Shown one piece after another: positions 1-9,625 of a stretch of 64,000 bases of DNA (its first letter is position 1; each line of letters opens with the position of its first letter). Source of the stretch: Chloroflexota bacterium (GTDB lineage Bacteria > Chloroflexota > Anaerolineae > UBA4142); contig JAMDCU010000131.1 of the NCBI GenBank assembly GCA_023489485.1, positions 24,862-88,861 on the forward strand, written 5' to 3'. The position numbers and the translations under genes are program-made. The notes beneath the pieces were generated by a model, which was not told the origin of the DNA, searched no databases, and saw only the letters and a program-made list of their open reading frames with translations.

Positions 1-17
1 CAAGCACACTATCAATT

Positions 18-635
18 TTGCCAGCACCTCTCCGAGATCGGGGCGCGAGTCTCGCACAGCAATATGCTGGTCCGGATCAGGCAGCAGCGGCACGCGCCGC
101 CGTCGAATCTTTGAGTGCGCTCGAATTCAAAGGTCAGTTTTCGAACCCGGCCGCGCTCGCGAGTGCCTGGGATCGTGGAATGGCGCCTGTCATGGCGTCG
201 GCACGGGAAGGATTGCCGCTTGCCACCATGGCGCAAGACGCCGGCTTTGGAGCGAATATCTCCGGTTACATCACTCAGCGCATGACGCAGCCGAGTGCGC
301 AGCGCCTTGAGCCACAGAGTCAATCGGTTCCTTGGCATCCCCAGCTCGCGCCTCACGATTGGGAGACGGGCATCGCCATCTCTCAGGCGATTGGCTCGGG
401 CACGCTCAAGCCCGGAACGGCCGCTCGCTTGTATCACGAGATTCGCTCTCCCGAATCCGGTGGGGGTTGGTCAGCGGGAGCGCAGTTCATCCAGACGATT
501 CAGGAAGCACTTCACGGCCGGCCAACTGATCCCATTACCGTCTTGAACGCGCGCTTGAGCGAAATGGAGCTGCGCGGCCAAGTGTCGGCGAGCGCCATGG
601 CGCTCTGGCGAGCGAACGTGAGGAGCGAAAAGTAG
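18..635 (+). CDS. Hypothetical protein, probably 5'-truncated by the window edge
   Basis: 205-aa ORF. The TTG at 18 is only the first possible start and the same frame is open back to position 3. Stop at 635 abuts the ATG at 636. No recognisable motif. Confidence 0.4.
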   Translation: MPAPLRDRGASLAQQYAGPDQAAAARAAVESLSALEFKGQFSNPAALASAWDRGMAPVMASAREGLPLATMAQDAGFGANISGYITQRMTQPSAQRLEPQSQSVPWHPQLAPHDWETGIAISQAIGSGTLKPGTAARLYHEIRSPESGGGWSAGAQFIQTIQEALHGRPTDPITVLNARLSEMELRGQVSASAMALWRANVRSEK

Positions 636-1190
636 ATGCAGATCCAGTTCCCGCGCCGTATCCACCTCGGCTTTCGCCCCTGGTACGGTCTGAGCCTGCG
701 TCAACTCGGATATCTGGTCGTCGCGGGAGTCGTTGCGGGTGCAATCGTCCTCTTTGGTCCGGTGGAAGGCACCGGTCTCTTGGTCCGCGTGTTCATCGGG
801 CTGAGCATCATTTCGGTTGGCGTTGCCCTCGCGTTTTTCCGCAAGGACGGACTGACCGCTGAGCAATGGGTGCTCACCCAGATCAAGTTCCTGTTCCAAC
901 CTCACAAACGCGTGTGGACGCGCGGCGGTTCGTCGCCCCGCGACCAAATCGCCGAAATCCTGATCGATGGACAGGAGCAATCGTCTGAGCGGCCGCAGGA
1001 GGCGACGGAGGAGGAGTTTCGCTATCCCCATCTCTTGCGACCTGACGGACAAGCGATGGCTGTCTCGCAATCCGCTATTGTCTTTGTCGATATGGCGATG
1101 CTGCTTTCCTTCTTTTCCCTCGTCGTGTATTTGTCGCGTGGTGGTTTGGCCGAAATTCAAGGTTGGTTCGCCATGCAGCTAGGCAGGTGA
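636..1190 (+). CDS. PrgI-family-like conjugation membrane protein
   Basis: N-terminus 'FRPWYGLSLRQLGYLVVAGVVAGAIVLF' matches the GLT-RQ-plus-TM pattern of PrgI-type proteins. Two or more hydrophobic helices. Lies upstream of the VirB4-like ATPase. Confidence 0.55.
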   Translation: MQIQFPRRIHLGFRPWYGLSLRQLGYLVVAGVVAGAIVLFGPVEGTGLLVRVFIGLSIISVGVALAFFRKDGLTAEQWVLTQIKFLFQPHKRVWTRGGSSPRDQIAEILIDGQEQSSERPQEATEEEFRYPHLLRPDGQAMAVSQSAIVFVDMAMLLSFFSLVVYLSRGGLAEIQGWFAMQLGR

Positions 1191-1218
1191 TTGATGCGGA
1201 CGATGGAGATGGTCCCCA

Positions 1219-2469
1219 ATGCATGAACATATGCGAGGGCAAGTCGCCCTGGCTGTCTGTGTCACCATTCTGTGTATCGGAGGATTGACGTTGGTGGGGC
1301 TCTACGCGGCGCCAACCCAATCTGGCGAAATTGCGCCGCTATTTTCGGATGGGTCATCGACCGCGTTAGAAGCACAGATCATCCGAGTCATCGTGACGGC
1401 TACGCCAGCCGAGGATAACCCGTTGGCGCTGGCAACACCCACGCCGTTACCACCTTGTGCCGTGCTGCGGACACCGACGCGCAATCCCGTGCGGACGCCA
1501 ACGCCGATCTCGGTCATCGTGGGGAGTCAGATTCGTGAGTTCGTCTTTTACCAGGGTGCTGCGACCTACGTGCGCAAGGATGCCTTCGCTCCTCTCCTGC
1601 TCTCGAAACTGCCGCGGCCAGCCAATGACAATGGGCGCGGGTTGCATTGGTTCCCGACCACTTTTCAGAACCGTGCCGTGGTCGATCGCTTCGTCCCAGA
1701 GCTGGTCGCCATGCACATTCGCTGGGTCGTCGTCCTGCAGGGGATGAATGACTGGGACCTCGTCGCCAATGATTATCTGATTGAGCAACTCCAGGCCGTC
1801 GGGATCATGCCCATCGTGCGCATTGTCCGGCAGGTCGGTGAAATGGACTATCGGCGACTCGGTTGGATCGTCGCCCGCTATCGTGAACGCGGTGTCCGCT
1901 ACTTTCAGGTATTCAACGAGCCCAATTTCGACGAGGAATGGGGGACCGAGGCGGCGCACACACCCGAACAATTCGCGACTTACTGGGCGAAAGCTGCCGA
2001 GGTCGTTGCCGCCAATGGGGGTCTGCCGGGATTCGCACCGATGGCGCCGCGACTGGATGATTCCGATGTGGTCTTTTTCACGTCAGCGCTGCAGGAGCTT
2101 CAACGCGCCGGACGGTACGATCTCCTGAATCTCATGTGGATCGGAGTACACAACTATGGTGGGATGACGGCAAACGGCTTCTGGCGCTACCGGCGCTATG
2201 AGGCCGCCGTCAAGCAGATTCTTGGAGCCAGCCTCCCCATCATCGCTACTGAAGGAGGTTTGGAGACAGCCAGCGCCACTGCTGACAGCATCAAGTCGAT
2301 GTACGGCTTTGTGGAACGCGAGCGCGAGCCTTACCTGCTTGCCTTTGCACCCTGGCTGATCGGGAATGGCGTGGGAGGCGGTCATGACCCGATCTGGGAG
2401 AGCGCCGCGTGGTTCGTCGGGACGCTCGACCGAGTTCAGCCCCGTCAAGTGGTCGAGCAGGTCAAGTAA
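1219..2469 (+). CDS. Membrane-anchored clan GH-A-like glycoside hydrolase (putative cell-wall hydrolase of the transfer apparatus)
   Basis: N-terminal TM anchor, Pro/Thr-rich linker, 'FQVFNEPN' (the NEP acid/base motif typical of TIM-barrel clan GH-A) and a later 'IIATEGG' candidate nucleophile. Confidence 0.5.
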   Translation: MHEHMRGQVALAVCVTILCIGGLTLVGLYAAPTQSGEIAPLFSDGSSTALEAQIIRVIVTATPAEDNPLALATPTPLPPCAVLRTPTRNPVRTPTPISVIVGSQIREFVFYQGAATYVRKDAFAPLLLSKLPRPANDNGRGLHWFPTTFQNRAVVDRFVPELVAMHIRWVVVLQGMNDWDLVANDYLIEQLQAVGIMPIVRIVRQVGEMDYRRLGWIVARYRERGVRYFQVFNEPNFDEEWGTEAAHTPEQFATYWAKAAEVVAANGGLPGFAPMAPRLDDSDVVFFTSALQELQRAGRYDLLNLMWIGVHNYGGMTANGFWRYRRYEAAVKQILGASLPIIATEGGLETASATADSIKSMYGFVEREREPYLLAFAPWLIGNGVGGGHDPIWESAAWFVGTLDRVQPRQVVEQVK

Positions 2470-2635
2470 GACCAAAAAGACTAATGGATTTTGACTAATT
2501 CCGATTGCCCTTACCCGCCTCATGAGCGTTCACGAGTCGATATTTGTGCCTGTGAGTGCGAAGATGAGAGATTCTTTACCTTTCAGCGACAATGGAATGC
2601 GCTCAGGTTAACAAACCTTTACCTAAGGAGCAGGA

Positions 2636-3013
2636 ATGATCAAGATCTTGATTCGGGAACGCTGCCACCAATGCGGAGGCCCGCTCAGAAGTAACGCCCG
2701 CATTCACGAAGAGGACAAACACAACACCGAGGACGGCTACGCGGCAGGTGTCCTGACGACCTACTGGCATCACCCCGGATGGTGGGATGAAAGCTCCCTG
2801 CCCTTGATCTGTCCGCAGTGCGGAACGTTGCACACGCTTCACATCGGCATGATCGAGATGCACTGTCATCCCGAAGCCAAGACCACCCTTTCAGGACAGA
2901 GGAATGCCAAACCAGAACAGAGGAATCCCTTCCACGCAAGACCACCTGCTCGTTCGGGCGGTCCGCGATCACATCGTCATTTTGCGCACCGGCGAAATGG
3001 CCGCAGCCATTGA
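2636..3013 (+). CDS. Possible small zinc-ribbon protein
   Basis: Good RBS (TAAGGAGCAGGA-ATG). Two CxxC pairs ('CHQCGG' and 'CPQCGT'). The 3' third overlaps the next ORF and is Arg-rich, so the true end is uncertain. Confidence 0.3.
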   Translation: MIKILIRERCHQCGGPLRSNARIHEEDKHNTEDGYAAGVLTTYWHHPGWWDESSLPLICPQCGTLHTLHIGMIEMHCHPEAKTTLSGQRNAKPEQRNPFHARPPARSGGPRSHRHFAHRRNGRSH

Positions 3014-3596
3014 GGTCGAAGGGATCGATTTGACGCGGCTATCGGACGATGCCCAGAAAGGACTCATCGCGCAGTATGAGAATTTCCTGTTGACGCTCCG
3101 CTTTCCCTATCAGTTGGTGGTGGCTCGCAAGCGGCAGCGCCTGGAGGAATACCTGGCCTACGCGGATGCCGAGGCCCAAAAGCGTGAGCAGGAAGGAAAC
3201 AAGGCTTACGCCCAAGCACTGCATGGTTGGGTGAATTTCATGCTGGATGTGGTCCGCCAAGTGAACCCACAGGCGCCGCTCTATGTGATGGTGCTCCCTT
3301 ATGACCCAATCCCGCCCGAAGAGCGCCTACACGGCCGTCCCCTTCTTTCGACCGACCGCTACCAGCGGGGATTGGATGAACTAAAACACCGAGTTGACCA
3401 GGCTGTGCGCGGGCTCGCTCGCATCGGACTCGCGAGCCGGCGCTTAGGGGATCAAGAACTCGTCGCCGTCTTGCATCGTGCCTACCATCCGGCGATTCCA
3501 GATTACCGTATCCCACCAACAGCTCGCTTGAAGAGCTTGATTGCCCAGACTGAATCTGAATTGACGACCTTGCCAGGAGAAAATCCGATTGAGTAA
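2904..3596 (+). CDS. Conjugation-module protein of unknown function
   Basis: 230-aa ORF overlapping the VirB4-like gene start by 8 nt. The N-terminal pattern 'HLLVRAVRDHIVILRTGEMAAAIEVEGIDL' resembles the N-terminal regions of conjugative ATPase partners. No catalytic motif. Confidence 0.5.
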   Translation: MPNQNRGIPSTQDHLLVRAVRDHIVILRTGEMAAAIEVEGIDLTRLSDDAQKGLIAQYENFLLTLRFPYQLVVARKRQRLEEYLAYADAEAQKREQEGNKAYAQALHGWVNFMLDVVRQVNPQAPLYVMVLPYDPIPPEERLHGRPLLSTDRYQRGLDELKHRVDQAVRGLARIGLASRRLGDQELVAVLHRAYHPAIPDYRIPPTARLKSLIAQTESELTTLPGENPIE

Positions 3597-5481
3597 GTGG
3601 TTGGGGCAACTCGATCGCCTGCTCGGCGGCGACGGCACTATTGCCAGCAAGAAGACGCGAGAAGCTGCAGGCGGAGATGATTCGCCTGCCGCTCGCCCTA
3701 TCGATACGGCGTCGAGTCACAAGACCGATACTGGCGCGTCCAGCGAACCTCTTCATGTCGGAGCGCGGGAACTGGTGGACCACCTCGCGCCAGCTGCTAT
3801 GAAGATCCAGGCTGACCGCATCCAGCTCGTCGGCGAAGGATGGATACGCATCTGGTTTATTGAAGATTTGCCACCGCGTATGGGACGCGGCTCGCTGGAT
3901 ACCATTTACGACTTCCCCGGCGAGGTGCGAATCAGTCTGCTCACACGTCCCCTCGACAAGTCCGCCGTAAGGGAGCATTTGCGGCAGAGACGGACGACTT
4001 TGTATGCCGAGAACCTGACACGCAGCCAGCAAGGGCGCTTGCCCGATTTCACCGCGCAGGATGAATTGCATGAGACCGAATCGGCCCTCCGCGACATCGA
4101 ATCCAGTCATCTGCCGCCACAAGAGCTCTTATGGACGATAGCTCTCTACGGACGAACAGAGGAGGAACTGGAAGAACTATCACGGCGACTGGAAGACTAT
4201 ATGCTCGATGCGGATCTCCGTTTCTTTCGCGCCTCTTTGCGCCAGGAGGATGGGCTATACAGCGTCCAGCCGTTTGGAGTCAATTACCTCGGGCATGGCA
4301 GGAATATCACGACCTCAGCGCTCGCGGGCATGTTTCCTTTTGCCAGGCGGTTGCAGGCCGACACCCAAGGGATTCCGTATGGCATTGATCGGACGACCGG
4401 AGCCTGGGTCATCGTGAATGACTTTGCTCTGCCGAATTCCAATCTGCTCATCGTCGGCGAACAAGGCTCGGGAAAGAGTATGTTCCTAAAGTACAAGGCG
4501 ACCTGGGCCGTGCTCCTCGGCATGCGCTGCTACATCTTGGACCTGGAAGGCGAGTTCGAGCCGATGTGCCGCGCCTTGGACGGGACCTATCTCGATCTCT
4601 CGCTCACATCCCCACATCATATGAACGTCCTCGATCTGAATCCTGAAGACCCAGATGCCTGGTTCAACGGGATGCAGGATGCTCTCGCGTGGCTCGAAAT
4701 AGCTCTGGGAACGCTTACGCACAAGGAACGGAATGTGATTCTCATTCCGACCTACGAACGCATCATGAAAGAATCCGGCATTCAGCCGAACGATCCCGGC
4801 ACCTGGAAGAAACAGCCGCCCGTTCTGAGCGATCTCTACGCCGCCCTGCGAAACGGGGACGAACGGCGTGAGGCACAGGACCTCGCCGACCGCCTGCAGA
4901 CGCTCGCCGAGGGAGTCTATGCCGGTGCCTTCAGCCAGCATACGAATGTCAATCCCCGTTCGCCGCTTGTCGTCTTTGGACTCAAGAACGTCCATCCCGA
5001 CATGCAGGCGCTACGCATGCGTCAAGTGCACACCTTCATTTGGGCGAATGTTCTTTCGAAGACACAGCCAACCCTCGTCGTGGTGGACGAAGCGTGGCGC
5101 TGGCTCGAGCACCCGGGCGCGTCCCATGATCTTGCCGAAATGGCGCGTCGCTTTCGCAAGCGGAATGCCGGCGTCCATCTCGCGACGCAGCATGGCGGTG
5201 ACCTGAGCGCATCCCAAGATGCGGTCGTGATTCGTGATACTGCGGCGCTCACCGTGCTGTTTCGGCAGACCGCGGCTTCGATCCCGAGCGTATCGGGGCT
5301 CTTTGGCCTCAACGAGGTAGAGGCGCGTGAGCTGGTCACGCTCGATCGCGGCGAAAGCGTGCTCCTCATTGGAGGGAATCACATTCCGCTCTTCACCGTC
5401 ATTCCACCCGCCTGGTATCCCTTGTGGACCACTGATCCAAGGGACCGGCAGACCATGGAACAAGGGGCGAGCCATTCATGA
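3589..5481 (+). CDS. VirB4/TraE-like conjugative transfer ATPase
   Basis: Walker A 'GEQGSGKSMF', Walker B 'TLVVVDEAWRWL' and 'HLATQH'. Length 630 aa and the T4SS gene context fit. Confidence 0.85.
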   Translation: MSKWLGQLDRLLGGDGTIASKKTREAAGGDDSPAARPIDTASSHKTDTGASSEPLHVGARELVDHLAPAAMKIQADRIQLVGEGWIRIWFIEDLPPRMGRGSLDTIYDFPGEVRISLLTRPLDKSAVREHLRQRRTTLYAENLTRSQQGRLPDFTAQDELHETESALRDIESSHLPPQELLWTIALYGRTEEELEELSRRLEDYMLDADLRFFRASLRQEDGLYSVQPFGVNYLGHGRNITTSALAGMFPFARRLQADTQGIPYGIDRTTGAWVIVNDFALPNSNLLIVGEQGSGKSMFLKYKATWAVLLGMRCYILDLEGEFEPMCRALDGTYLDLSLTSPHHMNVLDLNPEDPDAWFNGMQDALAWLEIALGTLTHKERNVILIPTYERIMKESGIQPNDPGTWKKQPPVLSDLYAALRNGDERREAQDLADRLQTLAEGVYAGAFSQHTNVNPRSPLVVFGLKNVHPDMQALRMRQVHTFIWANVLSKTQPTLVVVDEAWRWLEHPGASHDLAEMARRFRKRNAGVHLATQHGGDLSASQDAVVIRDTAALTVLFRQTAASIPSVSGLFGLNEVEARELVTLDRGESVLLIGGNHIPLFTVIPPAWYPLWTTDPRDRQTMEQGASHS

Positions 5482-6449
5482 GCCTCAAATCGCTTCTCGG
5501 GATCTCTGGATGTGCAGTGCTTGGCACGCTGCTTGTCTTCGCCGTCCTGCTTGTCGTTCTTTTGGGAATGGTAATACCTCAGTTGCCCTTTGGACAGGCT
5601 CAGGCTTGGGAGTGGATGCTCGGAACGCCTCAGCCCGTTAGCGCGCCGCCCCTTCCCTCTTCGGAAGGCAAACCAGTCATCAGCGGCAATGGCCAATGGT
5701 GCGTCACCCGAGCCTATCAGGAGACGCCGCAGGAAAGTCACCTGAACGCAGGACGCGTTCAAGGGTACATACGCGATGCGAATGGGCGGGCGCTGGCCGG
5801 TGTCGCAGTGCATGTCAGTTGGGATGGCGATGAAGGCGGAATCACCCTGACGACGGACGCCAACGGGTACTATGTCTTTATTCTCTCGCCTGGCGAATAC
5901 CACGTTCAGGTTGCGCAGGGCCAGAGTCAGTCAGTGTTCTTTCGCACCAACCTCAAAGAATGGTACGGCCATTATACCTACGACGTCGATTTCGCTTCCG
6001 GCAACTGCTCCAGCAGCACAGGCATCTACAACAACAATCCCAACGCACCCCAAGGATTCCCCGTGTCGGGGCGCATCACCGCGACTTTCCATGATTGGTC
6101 CTACTATTTGCGTTTTGGCCGCACCCATGAGGGGCTCGATCTTGCCGTACCCGAGGGGACGTCGGTCATGGCAACGATGAGCGGAAGGGTTGTTCAGGCT
6201 GGGAACTATGGATCCTGGGGAAACATGGTGATGCTGCAAAACGGCCCGTGGGAGATCATCGTCGCCCATCTCTCACGCGTGGATGTCTCGCTCGGCCAGA
6301 CGATCACGATTGGGTCAAGGCTGGGGCTGAGCGGCAACACGGGTTTCTCGACAGGACCGCACGTGCATTACGAAATCCGCTACAACGGGATGCCGATCGA
6401 CCCGCAGAACATGGCTGCCTACCTGAGCGATGCAGCCGTGGGGCGATGA
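5478..6449 (+). CDS. M23 family metallopeptidase with N-terminal TM anchor and carboxypeptidase-regulatory-like domain
   Basis: 'HEGLDLAVPEGTSV' and 'GNTGFSTGPHVHYEIR' are M23 HxxxD and HxH motifs. 'DANGRALAGVAVHV...TDANGYYVF' is a CarboxypepD_reg-like repeat. ATGA overlap with the VirB4-like stop. Confidence 0.9.
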   Translation: MSLKSLLGISGCAVLGTLLVFAVLLVVLLGMVIPQLPFGQAQAWEWMLGTPQPVSAPPLPSSEGKPVISGNGQWCVTRAYQETPQESHLNAGRVQGYIRDANGRALAGVAVHVSWDGDEGGITLTTDANGYYVFILSPGEYHVQVAQGQSQSVFFRTNLKEWYGHYTYDVDFASGNCSSSTGIYNNNPNAPQGFPVSGRITATFHDWSYYLRFGRTHEGLDLAVPEGTSVMATMSGRVVQAGNYGSWGNMVMLQNGPWEIIVAHLSRVDVSLGQTITIGSRLGLSGNTGFSTGPHVHYEIRYNGMPIDPQNMAAYLSDAAVGR

Positions 6450-6501
6450 CACAGGAATCTCAGCGAAGCCTCGCAGAGCGACAATGCTCTGAATTATTCG
6501 G

Positions 6502-6843
6502 TTGAGAGGTAGCAGTCCAGGAGGAGAATTGTACACAGGCGAAGGCCGAATCGTTCAACTGCTTCCTGCAATCGGCTGGCAGGCACTCTACAGCAACCAG
6601 GCCTTTGATGATTGTTATACGGTTCCTTTGGTCGCCTGGGCGCTTGTCAAGATGGAGGGCGGGAAGACGGATGTGGTTGGGCTCGTATTGGTCGAAGGAT
6701 TCGCAGGCGAAATGGTAATTGCTGAGTTGGGCGATTATTTCCTGAACTTTTTGGGACCGGGTGAAGATCCTCCCGATGGGAATGAGCTTGAAGAAGCGCT
6801 GGAATCGCTCAAGTCGATTTTCAAGGAAAGAGATGTTGCTTAA
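6502..6843 (+). CDS. Hypothetical protein
   Basis: 113-aa ORF (TTG start; an in-frame TTG at 6529 sits after GGAGGAG). Acidic, no motif. Its position in the transfer operon supports it. Confidence 0.4.
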   Translation: MRGSSPGGELYTGEGRIVQLLPAIGWQALYSNQAFDDCYTVPLVAWALVKMEGGKTDVVGLVLVEGFAGEMVIAELGDYFLNFLGPGEDPPDGNELEEALESLKSIFKERDVA

Positions 6844-6874
6844 CTAAGAAGGAGTCAACCAGAGGACCTAACCT

Positions 6875-9613
6875 ATGCCAACAACTGCAGTGTATCGCTG
6901 CCCAAAATGCGGAACCCAATATCGCCCACTCGAGGCTGGCAATCGACGCTTTCTGTGTTGCGGTGTGTCGCTTGAGCGCGTCTCCGCTGGTGTTGGGACA
7001 CTGTGGGCTCAGCCGCTCAAGTTGCTCAAGCGGCCCGCACAAGATAGCGCTCCAGCGGAAGGCAGAGCATGTTCCGAAGCCTGGCTAGATGTGAAAGCGA
7101 TCGAGATCATTCCGCCACGAGAGAATACGGTCGATGTCCTCGCAGTCGAAAACCTGCTGGGAACACTCGCGGCGGAGACGCCTTTCTCACTGGAAATCGC
7201 CGGAGATGGCAACGGACGCCGTTTCCTACTCCGTGCCTCCACCGGCACTCTAGGTTATCTAGAGCGCCAGCTGCAGGCAGCCTATAGCCAGGCAAGCTTT
7301 CGGGAGGTCGCCCCGGAGCAAGACCCGGCACGACCCAATGGCGGAACCATGGCAACGGCTCACATGAAACTCGCACGCCCGGTTTACCTTCCTCTTCGCA
7401 CCCTGAAGGATGGTTCTTTCCGAGAAGCCGACCCCATGCTCGCGCTTCTGGGTGCCTTTGCCATCGCGCAAGACCGAGAACGCGTCCTTTCGCAGCTCAT
7501 CCTCTCGCCCGCCCCGGAAGGATGGGCCAAGCGCTACATGGGCTCGGCGCGCCAGATCGAGCAGACCATGTCGGGACAGGCGATGACGATGGGACTGTAC
7601 TTCCGGCAATTCGCATCAGTCATTTTAGTCATCGTTACTCTCGGAGCCTGCCTGTATGCGCTCATGATGTATCTCCAGCACCATTGGCTCGAGTTCATGG
7701 CCTGCTCGTTCTTCAGCGCCCTTTGCGTCGGCGGAGTTGCGCTGCTGTACAAATTCTTGGTGGAGCGCGACAACGCAGACCCGAAACTCGTCCAGCGCAA
7801 GACGGAGGGACCAGCCTACGATGTCTCATTCCGATTGGTCGCCGTCGCTCCATCGCCCGAGCGGGCCCAGCGCTTGCTCAGACAACTGGCGATGGCGTAC
7901 CGGCAGTTCGGCAGTTCCAGCGGAAATACCCTGGTCGCCCACCGCGCGGCCTTCGACCCGCGTCAGATCGGGATAGAGCCGTGGACGTGGTGGGATCAGT
8001 TAACCGAAAAGACCATGCGCCTGAATGTCGCCGAGCTGGCGACGCTCTGGCACCTGCCCGTGGGCCAGGATGTACAGCTCATTGAACGAACGCAGGCGAA
8101 GCGGCTGCTCCCTCTCCCAACCGATGTGCAGAAGGGCATTCTCGTCGGCCGCTCGCGGCACCAGGGACAAACGATCCCGGTGCACTTGTCTCCAGAATCC
8201 TTGTGGCATCACGTCTTCATGGTCGCAAAAACCCAAAAAGGCAAGTCAACGCTCATGGCGCACCTCGCTGTGGAGGCGATGCGGCAGGCGGAGCGGACAG
8301 CGCTCGTCGTCATTGACCCGCATGGTGATCTCGCGCGCTCTCTTCTGGGACTCGTGCCGCGTGAGCGCGCCGGCGATGTGGTCTACATCGATTTCAGTGA
8401 TCGGCAGCAGGTGGTGGGGCTCAATCTGCTGGACATGAGTCAGGGCCGCGACGCCGATGCTATCGTCTCAAATGTCGTTCACACGGGCGAATTGATCTGG
8501 AGCGACTATTGGGGACCCCGCATGGAGGATGCGCTCCGGATGGCCGTGCGCACTCTCCTTGCCGCGAACGAAAAGCTTGCCCAGAAGAATGAGAAGCAGT
8601 TTACGCTCATTGACATCCCGGCGCTTTACGAACTGCCCAACTTTCGGCATCGGCTGCTCGAGCAGTATGTGAGCGACCAAGAGATCCTCCGATGGTGGAC
8701 CGGTTACTTTGAGCGGTTGTACGAGTCCTTGCGCATGGACGTCATCAACCCGGTGCTCACGAAAATCCATAGGTTCTCCACGCACACGGTTGTGCGCAAT
8801 GTCGTGGGTCAGTCCGTGTCGACGGTTAACTTTCGCAAGCTCTTGGATGAGGGGCGCATCCTGATGGTGAATACGGCCACGGGCGTGATTGGGCCGGATG
8901 CAGGGGGGCTATTGGGTGCCGTGCTCGTCGACTTTATCAACTTTGCTGTCCGCGAGCAGATGGCGATTCCCGACCCCAAGGCACGGGCGCGCGTGGTTGT
9001 CGTGGTGGATGAATTCCAGTCCATCCCCGGGGTCGATTACCCGGGGCTCTTGGCCGAGCTGCAGAAAATGGGAGCGAGTTTCATTCTGGCGACACAGGCG
9101 TTGGGACAACTCAAAGCCATCAGCGCGAACTTGCACGACTCGATCTTCTCCAATATTGCGACGCTTTTCGTATTTCAGACGAGCGCTGAAGATGCCGACT
9201 TTTTGCGGCACGAACTGGACGAAGCAGTCACTGCAACCGACATCATCAACCTGGCGAACTATACCTGCTACCTAAGGAGCGAATTGGAAAACCAACGTTT
9301 GCCCGTCATCCACATCGAGACGCTGCCGCCCGACAAAGGGAATCCTACCGTGGTCGAACAGATCATGGGTCAGATGACGCGTTACACGCGCCCCGCCAAG
9401 CTGGTTGACGAAGAGCGGACAGCCTTTCAGTCGCAGTGGTACGGGCGAGAGATGAATCTGATCCGTCAGACGATCTCGCTCAAGGGGAACGAACCGACCA
9501 AACCCGAGAAGGACGTAAAGCAAGAGGACGGCAAAGTGGAGAGCAAGAAAGAAGGTGAGGACGACAAGAACGACAGGAAGAAGGGAAAACCGTCGAAACG
9601 GGCAAACCCGTAG
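6875..9613 (+). CDS. Type IV coupling protein (VirD4/TraD/TraG-like) with N-terminal zinc ribbon
   Basis: 'YRCPKCGTQY...FLCCG' zinc ribbon and TM helices near aa 230-300. Walker A 'KTQKGKSTL', Walker B 'RVVVVVDEFQS' and 'ILATQALGQL'. Confidence 0.85.
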   Translation: MPTTAVYRCPKCGTQYRPLEAGNRRFLCCGVSLERVSAGVGTLWAQPLKLLKRPAQDSAPAEGRACSEAWLDVKAIEIIPPRENTVDVLAVENLLGTLAAETPFSLEIAGDGNGRRFLLRASTGTLGYLERQLQAAYSQASFREVAPEQDPARPNGGTMATAHMKLARPVYLPLRTLKDGSFREADPMLALLGAFAIAQDRERVLSQLILSPAPEGWAKRYMGSARQIEQTMSGQAMTMGLYFRQFASVILVIVTLGACLYALMMYLQHHWLEFMACSFFSALCVGGVALLYKFLVERDNADPKLVQRKTEGPAYDVSFRLVAVAPSPERAQRLLRQLAMAYRQFGSSSGNTLVAHRAAFDPRQIGIEPWTWWDQLTEKTMRLNVAELATLWHLPVGQDVQLIERTQAKRLLPLPTDVQKGILVGRSRHQGQTIPVHLSPESLWHHVFMVAKTQKGKSTLMAHLAVEAMRQAERTALVVIDPHGDLARSLLGLVPRERAGDVVYIDFSDRQQVVGLNLLDMSQGRDADAIVSNVVHTGELIWSDYWGPRMEDALRMAVRTLLAANEKLAQKNEKQFTLIDIPALYELPNFRHRLLEQYVSDQEILRWWTGYFERLYESLRMDVINPVLTKIHRFSTHTVVRNVVGQSVSTVNFRKLLDEGRILMVNTATGVIGPDAGGLLGAVLVDFINFAVREQMAIPDPKARARVVVVVDEFQSIPGVDYPGLLAELQKMGASFILATQALGQLKAISANLHDSIFSNIATLFVFQTSAEDADFLRHELDEAVTATDIINLANYTCYLRSELENQRLPVIHIETLPPDKGNPTVVEQIMGQMTRYTRPAKLVDEERTAFQSQWYGREMNLIRQTISLKGNEPTKPEKDVKQEDGKVESKKEGEDDKNDRKKGKPSKRANP

Positions 9614-9625
9614 CTCAGGGAGAAG

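Noticed and set aside
471-1160. 229-aa minus-strand ORF overlapping the first two + strand genes
   Set aside because: It is Arg/His-rich with low-complexity composition typical of antisense shadow ORFs in high-GC DNA. The + strand genes have motif support and tight operon spacing.
3238-4122. 294-aa minus-strand ORF inside the VirB4-like region
   Set aside because: It is antisense to a gene with clear Walker motifs, and its composition (R/G/S/A-rich) looks non-coding.
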